From an uncultured Acidobacteriota bacterium (GTDB taxonomy: Bacteria; Acidobacteriota; Thermoanaerobaculia; Multivoradales; UBA5704), in the NCBI GenBank assembly GCA_963770895.1, contig CAVYRF010000002.1, positions 2,016,001 through 2,080,000 of the forward strand: a stretch of DNA of 64,000 nt, written 5' to 3'. Positions 26,473-40,300 of this stretch are shown one piece after another. The notes under the pieces are model-generated. The model was not told the DNA's origin, made no database searches, and saw nothing but the letters and a program-made list of their open reading frames with translations. The position numbers and the translations under genes were made by a program. How positions within the stretch are numbered: position 1 is the first letter of the stretch; every line of letters starts with the position of its first letter.

Positions 26473-29040
26473 GTGAGCGCCGCCGCAGCTGAAGCATCCG
26501 AACCGCAGTTTCGCCTGTCACCGGCCAGCGCGCAGGCGCTGGAGCTGCCGAGCCTGCTGGCGGTGTTGTCGCGGTTGGCGGCGACGGACCTGGGCCGGGC
26601 GCGCGTCCTGGGCTTGCGGCCGTTCGCGTCGGCGACGGCGCTCGACGTGCACCGCGGCCGCTTCCAGGAGGCGTCGCGGCTGGTGGCCGACGCCGCGCTG
26701 GTGCCCGACTTCGACGTGCCGGTGGGGGACCTGCTGCGGCGGCTCGCCTCGGGCACGCCGCCGATCGAAGGCGTCGACCTGGTGCGCCTCGCCGATCTTG
26801 CCAAGGCGGGCCGCGCCGCGGTCGCGCGCGTGCGTGCCGGGGACCCGCCCTGTCCGCTGCTGGGCGAGCTGGCCGCCGCGGTGCCGGACGTCGAGCCGCT
26901 GCTGCGGCGCATCGACCGCACGCTCGACCGCCGCGGCCAGGTGCGGGAAGACGCCAGCCCGCGCCTGGTGGCGCTGCGCCGCCAGATCCGCCAGGTGCGC
27001 GACGTGCTGTACAAGGAGCTGGGCGACTACGTTGCCACCCACCGCGGCGACCTCTCCGAAGAGACCATTCCGATGCGCGGCGGGCGCCTGGTCCTGGTCC
27101 TGGCCGCCGGCTCGCGCGGCCGCCCCGGCGGCACCGGCCTGGTCCACGGCCGGTCGGCGACCGGCAAGAGCTTCTACTTCGAGCCGCTGCAGGTGGTGGA
27201 ATCCAACAACAGCTTGCAGCAGGCGAGCGACGACGAGGAGGCCGAGCGGCGGCGCATCCTGGCCGAGCTGATGGGCGAAGCGCGCGCCGCGCTGCCGCAG
27301 CTCGCCGCCCACGCCGGCTTCATCGGCGAGCTCGACCTGCTGCAGGCGGCGGTGCGCTTCGCCGCGCTGTGCGACGGGCGGCTGGCGGACCTGGCGCCCG
27401 CCGGCGGCGAGCTGATCCTGCGCGCCGCGCGCCACCCGCTGCTGGACCCGTGCATGGCGACGCTGCGCGCCGAAGCGCTCGGCCAGGCCGGGCACGGCGG
27501 CGCGGTGGTGCCGCTCGACGTCGAGCTGGACCCGGATCGGCGCATCCTGGTGATCACCGGCCCCAACGCCGGCGGCAAGACGGTGGCGCTCAAGACCGTC
27601 GGCCTGCTCGCCCTGGCGACGCAGTGCGGCCTGCCGATCCCCGCCGCCGCCGGCAGCCGGGTGCCGCGGTTGGGCGCCGTGGTGGCGACGGTGGGCGACG
27701 AACAGGACCTGCTCGCCGACCGGTCCACGTTCAGCGGCCGCCTGCTGCGCCTGCGCGAGGTGTGGGACCAGGCGGACCGCGACGTGCTGGTGCTGCTCGA
27801 CGAGCTGGGCTCGGGCACCGACCCGGACGAGGGGGCGGCGCTCTCCATCGCGCTGCTCGAAGGCCTGCTGGAGCGCGGCGCCCTGGGGGTCATCACCACC
27901 CACCTGGTGCAGCTCGCCGCGGCCGCGCTGGAAATGCGCGGCGCCGCCTGCGCCGCCATGGAGTTCGAGCGCGAGACCGGCCGCCCGACGTTCCGCCTGA
28001 TGCCCGGTCCGCCGGGCGGCAGCGAGGCGCTGGCCCTGGCGCGCCGCCTGGGCCTGCCGGCCGAGCTGCTCGATCGCGCCGAGGCGCTTCTGGGCAGCGA
28101 CCGGCGCGATCTGCGGCGCCTCATCGCCGAGGTCGAGGAGCTGCGGCAGCAGCTGGCCGGCGAGCAGCGGCGCCTCCAGGAGGAGAGCGCCGACGCCGAA
28201 AAGCTGCGCCTGCGCCTGGCGGCCGAGCTGCGCACCCTGGAGCAGGAGCGCCGCGAGGTGGCCGGCAAGACCCGCTCTCAGCTCGAAGCGTTCCGTCGCG
28301 AGACGGCGGACCGGCTGCGCCAGGAAGTCGCGCGGCTGGAGGAGAGCTTCGCCGCCGGCCGCCGGCGCGGCCTGGCCGCCGAAGCGGTCGAGCGGCTGTT
28401 CGCCGCGGCCCCCCAGCTGGCCGGTGGGCCGCAGGAAGACGACACCGCGGGCGAGCTGGTGGTCGGCAGCGAGGTGCGGCACCGCGGCCTGGGCTGGCGC
28501 GGCGTGCTGAGCAAGCTGGAGGGCGAGCGCGCCGAAGTGCTGGTGCGCGGCAAGCGGGTGCGCACCGGCGCCGCCGACCTGGTGCCGGCGACGGGCACCG
28601 CCGGCGAGCCGCCGGCGCCGGCGCGCTCGGGCGCGGCAGCGGCCCTGGCGCACCGCGACCGCGCCGGTGTGCGCGCGGTGGTCGCGATGTCTGCGTCTGC
28701 GTCTGCGTCGGCGGCGTCGGCGTCGGCGGCGGCGGCGGGCGGGCGGGGCGGTGGCGGCGACCTGGACGAGGCGACGGCGGTGCCCGCTGAGATCAACCTG
28801 ATCGGCGTGCGGGTGGAGCCGGCGCTTGCCGAGCTCGACAGCTACCTGGACCGCGCCCTGCTGGCGGCGCGGCGCGAGGTGCGGGTGATCCACGGCCACG
28901 GCACCGGCCGCCTGCGCCAGGCCGTGCGCGAGCACCTGCGCGGCCACGCCGCCGTGGCGGAAGTGCGCAGCGGCGCCCCCGACGAAGGCGGCAACGGCGC
29001 CACCGTGGTCACCCTGCGCGGCCGCGGCGCCGACCGCTGA
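26473..29040 (+). CDS. mutS2: MutS2 (ATPase + KOW + Smr)
   Basis: ITGPNAGGKT, LLDELGSGTDPDEGAAL, TTH, C-terminal Smr IHGHGTG...GGNGATVV; GTG start at 26473. Confidence 0.95.
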   Translation: MSAAAAEASEPQFRLSPASAQALELPSLLAVLSRLAATDLGRARVLGLRPFASATALDVHRGRFQEASRLVADAALVPDFDVPVGDLLRRLASGTPPIEGVDLVRLADLAKAGRAAVARVRAGDPPCPLLGELAAAVPDVEPLLRRIDRTLDRRGQVREDASPRLVALRRQIRQVRDVLYKELGDYVATHRGDLSEETIPMRGGRLVLVLAAGSRGRPGGTGLVHGRSATGKSFYFEPLQVVESNNSLQQASDDEEAERRRILAELMGEARAALPQLAAHAGFIGELDLLQAAVRFAALCDGRLADLAPAGGELILRAARHPLLDPCMATLRAEALGQAGHGGAVVPLDVELDPDRRILVITGPNAGGKTVALKTVGLLALATQCGLPIPAAAGSRVPRLGAVVATVGDEQDLLADRSTFSGRLLRLREVWDQADRDVLVLLDELGSGTDPDEGAALSIALLEGLLERGALGVITTHLVQLAAAALEMRGAACAAMEFERETGRPTFRLMPGPPGGSEALALARRLGLPAELLDRAEALLGSDRRDLRRLIAEVEELRQQLAGEQRRLQEESADAEKLRLRLAAELRTLEQERREVAGKTRSQLEAFRRETADRLRQEVARLEESFAAGRRRGLAAEAVERLFAAAPQLAGGPQEDDTAGELVVGSEVRHRGLGWRGVLSKLEGERAEVLVRGKRVRTGAADLVPATGTAGEPPAPARSGAAAALAHRDRAGVRAVVAMSASASASAASASAAAAGGRGGGGDLDEATAVPAEINLIGVRVEPALAELDSYLDRALLAARREVRVIHGHGTGRLRQAVREHLRGHAAVAEVRSGAPDEGGNGATVVTLRGRGADR

Positions 29041-29074
29041 CCCATCGTGCAGCCCGCCGGTCCCGGCGGTCGTG

Positions 29075-29122
29075 CCGACCCCGCCGGTCCCGCCGCCCCC
29101 GCCGACCCCGCCGACCCCGCCG
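29075..29122. repeat. Degenerate 9-bp tandem repeat (CCGACCCCG-like) between mutS2 and dnaG
   Basis: ccgaccccg ccggtcccg ccgcccccg ccgaccccg ccgaccccg. Confidence 0.7.
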
Positions 29123-29176
29123 ATTGGCAGCGGCGCGAAATGCGCGGCACTCCGCTCCTGTTACCGTTCTATCGGT

Positions 29177-31057
29177 ATGCCCTTCGGTAACGTCAATCTG
29201 ACCCCGCAGCTGGTGCAGGCGGTGCGCGACGCGGTGGACATCGTGGCCATCGCCTCCGAGCACACGCGCCTGCGCAAGGCGGGGCGCCGCCACGAAGGCC
29301 TCTGCCCGCTGCACAAGGAAAAGTCGCCGTCGTTCAGCGTCGACCCGGTGCAGGGGCTGTTCTACTGCTTCGGCTGCGGCGCCGGCGGCGACGCGATCAA
29401 GCTGCACATGCTCGCCAGCGGCGACGACTTCCCGGCCGCGATCGAGACGCTGGCCGGCCGCTACGGCATTCCGCTGCCGGCCCGCGCGGTGCGCGCCGGC
29501 GGCCAGCCCGAGCGCGACCTGGAAGGCGCGCTCACCGCGGCGGCAAAGTTCTTCGCCACCCAGCTGCGCAAGTCCACCCTGGCGCAGGGATACCTGGCCC
29601 AGCGGCGGGTGTCGCTCGAGCTGGCCGACCGCTTCGGTCTGGGTTACGCGCCGGACGGCTGGCGGGGGCTCACCGAAGCGCTGTCGTCGCGGGTGCCGGC
29701 GGCGGACCTCGAGGCTGCCGGTCTGGCCGGCCGGTCGGAGCGCAGCAGCCAGCTGTTCGACCGCTTCCGCCATCGCCTCATCTTTCCCATCCACAATGCG
29801 TCGGGGCGGCTGGTCGGCTTCGGCGGCCGCACCCTGGGCGACGACAAGGCGAAGTACATCAACACCGCCGAAACCGACCGCTTCCACAAGGGGCAGCTGC
29901 TGTACGGCCTCTTTCAGGCGCGGCAGGAGATCCGCGAAAGCCGCCAGGCGGTGCTGGTCGAAGGCTATTTCGACGTCATCGGCACGGTGGCGTGCGGCCG
30001 GCTGGGCGCCATCGCGGGCATGGGCACGGCGCTCACCCAGGAACAGGCGCGGCTCCTGTCCCGCTATGCCGACGAAGTGGTCGTCGCCTACGACGGCGAC
30101 CGCGCCGGCGAGGCAGCCTTCGAGCGCGCCCTGCCGGTGCTGCTGTCCGAAGGGCTGAGCGTCAAGCGGGCGCGCTTCGCCGAAGGGCACGATCCCGACT
30201 CGTTGCGCCTGGCGGAGGGGGCCGGCGCGGTGGCGGCGGCGATCGACGGAGCGGAAGATGCCGTGGTGCTGGCGCTGCGCCGGGCGATCCCGGCGCCCAG
30301 CTCCAGCCCGCAGCGCAAGGCGGTCGCGGCGAGCGCCGTGGCGGCGCTGCTGCAGCCGATCCGCGACCCCCTGGTGCGCCACGAATACGAGCGGCGCGCG
30401 GCCGAGCTGCTGGGCGTCGCGGAAAAGGAATTTGCCGGCCGCCTCAAGGAGTTGAAAGGGTGGCAGGGCCTTGGCCCCGCGTCGCAGGCAGCCGGTTCCT
30501 CCTCCCCCGCATCTGCTTCTTCTTCGTCGTCATCGGCGGCTTCGCCCGCGGGCGGTGGCGCCGGAGGCCGCGGCGGCGCCGCGGGGTGGCAGGGCGGGCC
30601 GATCGAACGCCGTTGGAGCGTCGAGGAGCAGGTGCTGGCCAGCCTGCTGTCGCAGGGGGGCGAAACCGAGTCGCTGCCGCCCTGGTCCGAGCTGCCGGCA
30701 GAAGAGGTGTTCTTCGATCCCGAATGCAGGAATATTTACCGTGCCTTTGGCACTCTATATGCCAAGGGCACCGCGCCCGAACCTCGGGCCGTGGCCTCGG
30801 AGATGGCCTCGCAAGGGGCAGCGGTTGACCGGATGGCGCAGATTCTGCTAGAAAAGTCGTTTGACCCGGCGAAAGCCGGGCTTTTGGCGTCTATTGACAA
30901 GCTGGTCCGCCGCTGGCGCCAGCAACGTCTCCGCGAGCTGCTCAGCGCCATTGCGGAGGCGCAGCGCCGAGGCGACCAGGCACGCCTGACCGCCCTGTTG
31001 GAGGAAAAGACGAGCCTCAGCCGCGAGCTGCACCAGGGTGCCGCCCGCCTGCGCTGA
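29177..31057 (+). CDS. dnaG: DNA primase
   Basis: Zn ribbon CPLH...CFGC, FGGR, KYINT.ET, TOPRIM VEGYFDV, YDGDRAG, DPD. Confidence 0.96.
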   Translation: MPFGNVNLTPQLVQAVRDAVDIVAIASEHTRLRKAGRRHEGLCPLHKEKSPSFSVDPVQGLFYCFGCGAGGDAIKLHMLASGDDFPAAIETLAGRYGIPLPARAVRAGGQPERDLEGALTAAAKFFATQLRKSTLAQGYLAQRRVSLELADRFGLGYAPDGWRGLTEALSSRVPAADLEAAGLAGRSERSSQLFDRFRHRLIFPIHNASGRLVGFGGRTLGDDKAKYINTAETDRFHKGQLLYGLFQARQEIRESRQAVLVEGYFDVIGTVACGRLGAIAGMGTALTQEQARLLSRYADEVVVAYDGDRAGEAAFERALPVLLSEGLSVKRARFAEGHDPDSLRLAEGAGAVAAAIDGAEDAVVLALRRAIPAPSSSPQRKAVAASAVAALLQPIRDPLVRHEYERRAAELLGVAEKEFAGRLKELKGWQGLGPASQAAGSSSPASASSSSSSAASPAGGGAGGRGGAAGWQGGPIERRWSVEEQVLASLLSQGGETESLPPWSELPAEEVFFDPECRNIYRAFGTLYAKGTAPEPRAVASEMASQGAAVDRMAQILLEKSFDPAKAGLLASIDKLVRRWRQQRLRELLSAIAEAQRRGDQARLTALLEEKTSLSRELHQGAARLR

Positions 31058-31144
31058 CGCCCTGCCGTCCATGCCGTGGCTCGCGCCCATCCGTCGCCGC
31101 CCGGGGTCGCCCTGGGCACCTCCCAGAACCGAGAGGAGAACGCT

Positions 31145-32854
<1,710 letters not shown>

Positions 32855-32867
32855 GGCCTGCGCGGAA

Positions 32868-32897
32868 TTGACAAAGGCGCGGCAAGGCGCCTAACAT
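32868..32897 (+). promoter_or_regulatory. Promoter of tRNA-Asn
   Basis: TTGACA-18 nt-TAACAT followed by a GC-rich discriminator. Confidence 0.65.
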
Positions 32898-32945
32898 GCG
32901 CGATCCCGGGCATGCCCGGTGGGCCATGCCCAGTGGGTTTTCTGT

Positions 32946-33020
32946 TCCTCGGTAGCTCAGTGGTAGAGCGATCGGCTGTTAACCGATTGGTCGGGGGTTC
33001 AAGTCCCTCCCGAGGAGCCA
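32946..33020 (+). tRNA. tRNA-Asn (GTT)
   Basis: Acceptor TCCTCGG/CCGAGGA, D arm TAGCTCAGTGGTAGAGC, anticodon arm ATCGG-CTGTTAA-CCGAT, T loop GTTCAAGT, encoded CCA. Confidence 0.97.
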
Positions 33021-33036
33021 TCTTCCCTTCGTCTTC

Positions 33037-35145
33037 TCAAGCCTCAGCCAGGATGCGCCGTAACAGGGCCAGCAAGCCGCAGACTGCCACTGCCAGGGTT
33101 GCGGGCAGCGCCCAGCGGCTCCACCAGGGGGACGTCGGTTCGCCGGCGTCGGCGCTCGGGTCCAGCTCGGCCGTTTGCGCCGGCAGGGCGGGGAGCACGT
33201 CGGCCAGCTCGGCCAGGTCGTAGGCGGGCGGGGTCACCTCGGGAGCGCCGGCGAGCAGGCGCACGGGGCCTTTTTCGGGCCACGCGAACAGCAGGACGTC
33301 GCCACGGCGCCAGACGGTGGCGTCGACGCTGGCGAGCGGCGGGTTGTCGCCGTCGGCGAAGCGGATCGCGACGTGGCGCGGTGCCGGGCCGTCGAGCGGC
33401 AGGGCCAGCCGGCAGGGCAGCGGCGGCTCGGGCAGGCAGTCCCAGCTCAGCCGCGCCACCAGCCGCTCCTCGCGCGGGGTGAGTCCCGGCGGCCCTGGGT
33501 CGGGATAGCGCACGCCGATCGGCCGCCGCAGCGGCGCGGCGGGCGCCGCCAGGTCGATCTCGGTCACCGGCAGGCCGGCGGCAGGCAGCGGCAGGTCCAG
33601 GTGGCTGTAGCGGCGGCCCTTTTCGGCGACCGGCCGCTGCTCGCCGCGCTCGACGACCCGCACCGGGTCGGGCGGGCTCCAGCGCACGTAGGGGAGCTGG
33701 CGGCCGCCGGCTGCCAGGCGCAGGTCGCCAAGATCCGGTCTTGCCTGGGCGTACACCAGGTCCGGCAGCACCAGGCGCACCAGGTCGCCGGCCGCCGCGC
33801 CGGTTGCGGCGACGGCCCACGAAGCGCGAAAGCGGCCGGTGGACAGGCTGGCACCGAGCGCCGCGGCGGCCGGCAGGGTGAGCGGACGCCCCGGTTGCTC
33901 GGGGCCCGGAGGCACCCAGGCAGCCTCGACGCCGGCGGCGACCGAGCGCGCTTCCGGCTGGCCGGATCCGCTGGCCCCGGAGCCGCTGGCGCCGGCGCCG
34001 GCCGGGGGCGCCGGCATGCCGCCGTAGGACAGCGTGTAGCGTCCCGGCGCTTCGGCATAGAACAGGACGGTCTCGACCGCCAGGTCGAAGCTGTGGCTGA
34101 GCAGGCGCGGCGCCTCGTCGGACGGGGTGGTGGCCAGCTCGAGCCGCAGGTGGTCGCCGGCGAGCGGCGTGCCGGGCAGCTGGATGACGTGCCGCCCGGC
34201 CTTGCCGCCGCGCCACACCCCGGCGGCCAGCGGCTGCCAGGTGCCGGCGCGCGGTTGGAACAGGCGGTAGCCGACGGTGGTGCCGGCCGCCAGCTCGACG
34301 GTCAGGCGGCGCACCGTCTGCCCGGCCGCCGGCAGCGGCAGGCGGCACGCCAGCGTGGCGGTGGACGCTCCGGGCTGGCAGGGATTGTTGGGCGAGGTGA
34401 CGGTGAGCGACCGGCCGGGGACCGTGGGCTCGACCACCGCGCTCGTCAGCTGTGGCTCGCCTGCCGAACGCGGCCAGGTGAGGCGCAGGTAGCGCGCCGT
34501 CGAAGCGGGGTAGGGGAGCGCGCCCCGCACCAGGCCGTCGGCGCGGCTGAGGACAAAGATGTCGCCCGCCACCAGCTGCTCCCAGCTCTTGCCGTCGTGG
34601 CTGGCCTCCAAGGTGACGGCCGGCGGTGCGCCCAGCGTGGCCAGGTCGAGCAGCAGCCGTTCGTGCACCAGCGGCTGGGGGCCGGCGTCCAGCTGCAGCG
34701 TCCAGCCCTGGACGTCCTGCTGCACGCTCAGCACCTTGACCGGCCGGCGCTCGCTTTCGGCGATGAAGGGGACGGTCCAGCGGGCGACGTCTTCGCCGTC
34801 GGGCGCGGTGATGCGCAGGCTGTCGGGCGGCCCCAGGTGGCGCAGCGCCGCCAGGTCGAGCGGCACCCGCACCCACCCCGCCGCGGCGATGTCCACCTGG
34901 CGGGCGAAGGGCATCCCCTGCTGCCGGGAGCCGTCGGCGGCGCGCTCCTTGGCGGCGGGCGCCGATCCGCCGGTGGCAGGGGCGGGAGCGCCCGGCGCCG
35001 GCGCTGCTGGCACACCGGCGCCCGTTGCGGCAACGGCGGGGGGCGGGGCGGCCCGCGCCGCGGCCAGGGCAACCGCGGCAGCGACGGCCGTCACCGTCAT
35101 CGCCAAGGCCAGCGCGGTGCGCCGCGCCGCCGGCAGCCGCTTCAC
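33037..35145 (-). CDS. Exported, C-terminally anchored protein, DUF3999-like
   Basis: Signal peptide, two repeats of VR(V/L).L...(A).DL.DLR-type segments, VRLLAGAP....PAYDL, C-terminal TM; start overlaps the acs stop. Confidence 0.6.
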   Translation of the reverse strand: MKRLPAARRTALALAMTVTAVAAAVALAAARAAPPPAVAATGAGVPAAPAPGAPAPATGGSAPAAKERAADGSRQQGMPFARQVDIAAAGWVRVPLDLAALRHLGPPDSLRITAPDGEDVARWTVPFIAESERRPVKVLSVQQDVQGWTLQLDAGPQPLVHERLLLDLATLGAPPAVTLEASHDGKSWEQLVAGDIFVLSRADGLVRGALPYPASTARYLRLTWPRSAGEPQLTSAVVEPTVPGRSLTVTSPNNPCQPGASTATLACRLPLPAAGQTVRRLTVELAAGTTVGYRLFQPRAGTWQPLAAGVWRGGKAGRHVIQLPGTPLAGDHLRLELATTPSDEAPRLLSHSFDLAVETVLFYAEAPGRYTLSYGGMPAPPAGAGASGSGASGSGQPEARSVAAGVEAAWVPPGPEQPGRPLTLPAAAALGASLSTGRFRASWAVAATGAAAGDLVRLVLPDLVYAQARPDLGDLRLAAGGRQLPYVRWSPPDPVRVVERGEQRPVAEKGRRYSHLDLPLPAAGLPVTEIDLAAPAAPLRRPIGVRYPDPGPPGLTPREERLVARLSWDCLPEPPLPCRLALPLDGPAPRHVAIRFADGDNPPLASVDATVWRRGDVLLFAWPEKGPVRLLAGAPEVTPPAYDLAELADVLPALPAQTAELDPSADAGEPTSPWWSRWALPATLAVAVCGLLALLRRILAEA

Positions 35146-37103
35146 GAGGACTGCTGGCTCCGCCTGCCCTCATCCTGGCGGTGGTCGGCCACCAGCTTGT
35201 CGACCACGCCGGGATCGGCGAGCGTGGTCACGTCTCCCAGCTCTTCGTATTCGCCGGCGGCGATCTTGCGCAGGATGCGACGCATGATCTTGCCCGAGCG
35301 CGTTTTGGGCAGGCCGGCCACCAGCTGGATGCGGTCGGGCGTCGCGATCGGACCGATGGCGGTGCGGACCTGCTCCTTGAGCATCCCCACCACCTCCGCC
35401 GGATCGTTCTCTTCGAAGGCCGGGACCAGGTTGACGTAGGCGAAGATGCCGGTGCCCTTGATGTCGTGCGGGAACCCCACCACCGCCGCTTCGGCGACCG
35501 CGGCGTGCGCCACCAGGGCGCTTTCGATCTCGGCGGTGCCCAGGCGGTGGCCGGCGACGTTGAGCACGTCGTCGACGCGGCCGGTGATCCAGTAGTAGCC
35601 GTCCTGGTCGCGCCGGCAGCCGTCGCCGGTGAAGTAGAGGCCGGGGAAGCGCGAAAAGTACGTTTCGCGGAACCGCTCGTGATCGCCGTAGATGGTGCGC
35701 GCCTGGCCCGGCCAGCTGCCGGCGATGCACAGGTTGCCCGACACGTCGTTGCCTTCCAGGACCTTGCCGTTCTCATCCAGCAGCAGCGGCCGCACGCCAA
35801 AGAACGGCAGCGTCGCCGAGCCCGGTTTGGCCGGGGTGGCGCCGGGCAGCGGGGTGATCAGGATGCCGCCGGTTTCGGTCTGCCACCAGGTGTCGACCAC
35901 GGCGCAGCGGCCTTCGCCCACCACGTCGTGGTACCACATCCAGACTTCCGGGTTGATCGGCTCGCCGACCGTGCCCAGGATGCGGAGCGAATCGCGCTTG
36001 TAGCGTTTGACAAAGGAGTCGCCGGCGCGGGCGATGGCGCGGATCGCGGTCGGCGCGGTGTAGAACTTGGTGACCTTGAGGTCGTCGACGATCTGCCAGT
36101 AGCGCCCGGCGTCCGGATAGGTGGGGATCGATTCGAACATCCCGGTGGTCACGCCGTTGGCCAGCGGCCCGTAGACGATGTAGCTGTGGCCGGTGACCCA
36201 GCCGACGTCGGCGGCGCACAGGTAGATGTCGTCGGGCTGCACGTCGAACACCAGCTTGTGGGTGAGGGCGGCGTAGACCATGTAGCCGCCGGTCGTGTGC
36301 AGCACCCCCTTGGGGCGCCCGGTCGAACCGGACGTATACAGGATGAAGAGCGGGTCTTCGGCCGCCATCCATTCGATGGCGCAGGTGCCGCGGTGCTTCG
36401 CCATCTCTTCCGCCAGCCACAGGTCGCGGTCCTTCTGCATCGGCACGTCGCGATCGGTGCGCCGCACCACCAGCACCCGCTCGACCATGTCGATCCCTTC
36501 GATCGCCGCGTCGACCGTGGCCTTGAGCGGAATGCGCTTGCCGCCGCGCAGCCCTTCGTTGGCGGTGACCACCAACCGGCAGCCGGCATCCAGGATGCGG
36601 CCGCGCAGCGATTCGGCGGAAAACCCCGCGAAGACGATCGAATGCACCGCGCCGATGCGGGCGCAGGCCAGCATGGTGTAGGCCAGCTCGGGCACCATGG
36701 GCAGGTAGATGCACACCCGGTCGCCCTTGTTCACCCCGTGGGCACGCAGCACGTTGGCCACCCGCGCCACGTTGTGCAGCAGCTCGCGGTAGGTGATGCT
36801 GCGGTATTCCCCCGGCTCGTCGCCCACCCACAGGATCGCCGTCTTGTCGGGCTGCGTCGCCACGTGCCGGTCGACGCAGTTGTAGGAAGCGTTCAGGCGG
36901 CCGCCCGAGTACCACGAAAAGTCCGCCACCTCGTTGGGGTCCTGGTCGAAGATCCGCCGCGGCGGATAGAACCAATCCAGGATGCCCGCCTGCTCGCCCC
37001 AGAACTCCTGCGGCTGCTCGATCGAGCGGCGGTACATCTCGTGGTACTGCTCCATGCTCTTGACGTGCGCCCTGGCGGCGATCGCGGGTTTGACGGGGAT
37101 CAT
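35142..37103 (-). CDS. acs: Acetyl-CoA synthetase (AMP-forming)
   Basis: [65 protein letters not shown]. Confidence 0.97.
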   Translation of the reverse strand: MIPVKPAIAARAHVKSMEQYHEMYRRSIEQPQEFWGEQAGILDWFYPPRRIFDQDPNEVADFSWYSGGRLNASYNCVDRHVATQPDKTAILWVGDEPGEYRSITYRELLHNVARVANVLRAHGVNKGDRVCIYLPMVPELAYTMLACARIGAVHSIVFAGFSAESLRGRILDAGCRLVVTANEGLRGGKRIPLKATVDAAIEGIDMVERVLVVRRTDRDVPMQKDRDLWLAEEMAKHRGTCAIEWMAAEDPLFILYTSGSTGRPKGVLHTTGGYMVYAALTHKLVFDVQPDDIYLCAADVGWVTGHSYIVYGPLANGVTTGMFESIPTYPDAGRYWQIVDDLKVTKFYTAPTAIRAIARAGDSFVKRYKRDSLRILGTVGEPINPEVWMWYHDVVGEGRCAVVDTWWQTETGGILITPLPGATPAKPGSATLPFFGVRPLLLDENGKVLEGNDVSGNLCIAGSWPGQARTIYGDHERFRETYFSRFPGLYFTGDGCRRDQDGYYWITGRVDDVLNVAGHRLGTAEIESALVAHAAVAEAAVVGFPHDIKGTGIFAYVNLVPAFEENDPAEVVGMLKEQVRTAIGPIATPDRIQLVAGLPKTRSGKIMRRILRKIAAGEYEELGDVTTLADPGVVDKLVADHRQDEGRRSQQSS

Positions 37104-37333
37104 GGGATGCCCTCCCTCCGTTCGTGGTTGACCGCGCCCCGACGGGCGCGAGCGGCCGGCCCGGCCGACCGGCGCTGAGCAGCCGTTTTGCGCGCCGATT
37201 GTACCTCCGCGCCCGGCACAGGTCGCTGGCGGCCGTCCACCGGGCCGAGAGTCCCGGTCGAGTGCCCGGTCTGCCGGCGGCCAGGCCAGGGCGCCGCGCC
37301 GGGCGCCGCGATGCCGCGGTATGCTCGCCGGCG

Positions 37334-40300
37334 GTGGCTTTTTTGCGCACGACGGCCCGGTTCTGGCTCCGCCTCCTGCTGTCCCTGCTGGTCGGCACCG
37401 CCCTGCCGCGCGGCGCCTGGGCGCAGGGCCCCGACGCCTCCTGGCGGACCCTGACCACGCCGCACTTCCGGCTGCACTACCCCGAGCCGTACGCCGCCTG
37501 GGCGCAGCGCGCGGCAGTCTGGCTCGAAGCGGTGCGCGAGCGCGACATCGCCGAAGTTGGTTTTGCCCCGGCGGACGTCGTCGACGTGGTGATCTCCAAC
37601 CCGCTGGCGGAAGCCAACGGCGAGGCGGTGCCGCTGCGCGGCTGGCCGCGCATGGTGCTGTGGACCAGCCCGCCGCCGGCCGATTCCGAAACCGGCCACT
37701 ACCGCGACTGGATCGAAGACCTGGTGGTGCACGAAGAAGCCCACCTGGTCCACCTGCTGCGGCCGTCGCGCAACCCGCTGCTCGCCAAGCTGCTGCCGGT
37801 TTCGTCGATCGCGCTGGCGCCGCGCTGGGTGGTGGAGGGCTATGCGACGCTGATCGAAGGCCGCCTCACCGGCTCCGGGCGCCCCAACGGCGACATGCGG
37901 GCGGCGATCCTGCGCCGCTGGGCGCAGGCCGGCCTGCTGCCCCCCTACTCCCGGCTGGCCGCCGACGCGCACAGCTGGCGCGGCATGTCGATGGCCTACC
38001 TGCTGGGCTCGGCCTACCTGGAATGGCTGGAGCAGCGCGGCGGGACGGGCAGCCTGCGCAAGCTGTGGGCGCGCCTGACGGCGCGCACCGTGCGCAGCTT
38101 CGACGACGCCTTCGTCGGCGTCTGGGGCGAGGCGCCCGACAGCCTCTACAACCGCTTCCGCGCCGAGCTCACCTGGCGCGCCATGGAGGCCGAGCGGCGG
38201 GTGCAGGCGGTGGGGCCGCTCGCGGTGCGCGAGGGCCCGCTGTGGCAGGCCCTCACCTGGACCACCGGCGCGCCGGCGGTGTCGCCCGACGGCAGCCAGG
38301 TCGCCCTGGTGCGCCGCTACCGCGACCGGCCCGGCGAGCTGGTCGTCTGGTCCACCGCCCCCAATGCCGCGGCGGAGCGGCGCTGGCAGGCCGAGCAGGA
38401 CCGCCAGGTGGCGCACGACCCCCAGGACGTGCCGGCGGTGCGCATCCGGCCCCTGCCGCGCCAGCCCCTCTACACCTGGGCGCCCGCCGCAGGGGGCGAG
38501 CCCGACCAGCCGCGCTTCCTGCCCGGCGGCAGGTCGCTGCTGGTCACCCGCTTCCTCCCCGACCGCGAAGGCTTTCTGCACCCCGACCTCTTTCAATGGT
38601 GGCCGCAAGCCGGCAGCGAGCGCCGCATCACCCGCCAGGCCGACCTGCACGACGCCGACCCCGCGCCCGACGGCACCTGGGCGGTGGCGGTGCGCGACCG
38701 CTACGGCCTGTCGCAGCTGGTCGCCGTCGACCTGGCGAGCGGCGCCGTCCACCCCCTGACCGAGCCCTCGGTCGAGCTCGTCTACGACCGGCCGCGCCTG
38801 GCCCCCGACGCCCGCCGCGTCGCCTTCGGCCTGCACACCGGCGCCGGCTGGCAGCTGGGCCTGCTCAATCTCAACCCCGACCACACGCCCGCCGGGCGCA
38901 CGGACCTGCCGCCGCCCCCCGGCGCCAGCGTCTCGGCCCCCGCCTGGAGCCCCGACGGCACCACCCTGTACGCCGTCGTCGGCAAGAACGGCTTCCTGGA
39001 CCTCTACGCCTTCGCGACCCCGCCGCTCGCCGGGAGCGCCGTCGCCGCCGGTGCTGCCGGTGTCGCCGCCCCCGGTGCCGCCGCCATCACCGCCGGGGCG
39101 CCAGCCGCCAATCCGACGCCCCCGCCGCGCGCCCTGACCCGCACCCAGGGTGCAGCCCTGGCGCCCGCGCCCACCCCCGACGGCAAGGCGCTCTTCTATC
39201 TCAGTCTGGAGCCGGACGGCCTCAGCCTCCACCGGCTGGACCTCGTGCCGGCCAGGCCCGCGCTGCCGGAAGTCGATCTGCCCGCCAGCCTGGCCCCCGC
39301 CGTGCGCCCGGCCCCGCCGAATCCCGTACCGCCCATGGTGCCGTCCGCAGCGCCAGCCGGCCCCGCAATGCCGCCGCCAGGTGCCGCATCGGGTTTATCG
39401 GTCGCCTCTCCACCAGCTGCGGCTGCCGACAAGCCCTATGGCGCGGGCCGCCAGGAGCTGCTGCCTTTGCTGGCCGGCGGCGTTGGCAATGCGGGGGAGG
39501 CGCTGGTGGTTGGGGTGCGGAGCGGTGACCTGATCGGCCGTCTGGACGTGCTGGCGCTGGGCGCGGTCGGCAGCCCCGGCGCGGCGCGCGGCGGCACCTT
39601 GGCTGGCGCCTGGCGGGGGTGGCCGGTCGCGACCGGGTTGCAGGTGTTTGATGTCGTGGATGCGCCTTCGCGGCAGGCCGGCCCGGTGGCGGCCCCGGCC
39701 GCGCTGGACCTGGAGCGCCGCGGCATCGCCGCCACCGGGGAGTGGGAGCGCGCCGGCGCCGGCGACCGCTTGCAACTACGGGGTAGCTTGCTGTGGCAGC
39801 GGCTGCTGCCCAGCGATCTTGGGATGGCCGCCGCGGTGGCCGGTGTGGATCTGGCCAGGGCGCGAGCGATCGCTTCGGCCACGCCGCCGCCGGGGGCCAG
39901 CGACGAAGAGGCGGTGGCGACCACCGCCGACTACCGGCTGAGCCGTCGCTTTGGGCTGTGGCGGCTGTCCGCCGACCTGGGGGGGCGCTTCGACGGGGGG
40001 CACACCGGTGGCGATGCCGGGACGCAATGGGCCGGCGGCCGTGATGGCAGCGGTTCCTGGACGCGGTTCGGCGGAAGCAATACGGAGAGCGATTCCTGGA
40101 CGCGCTACGGGAGCGTCGCCGGGTTGGCTGTGGCGCGCGATCACGACCGGTTGAGCGTGGCGTGGCGGCGCGACGGCTCGCGGCAGGTGGCGCATGCTTT
40201 CGATCTGTATCAGCTGGGCGGACCGGACTCCGGCCTGCTGCCGGCGGCGGCGCAGGACGCGCGCATCGTGTCGCCGGCGCTGCCGGCGGGGACGCTGGTC

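Noticed and set aside
25406-26476. Overlapping 356-aa ORF (MYSKGAP...) as a second gene
   Set aside because: Arg/Pro-rich frame-shift shadow of the zinc-finger gene.
29075-29122. Short repeats here and at 12645-12741 as a CRISPR array
   Set aside because: Units of 9-15 bp with no unique spacers and no cas genes.
32946-33040. tRNA-Asn as an integration site
   Set aside because: No duplicated tRNA 3' end, integrase or island-like composition seen nearby.
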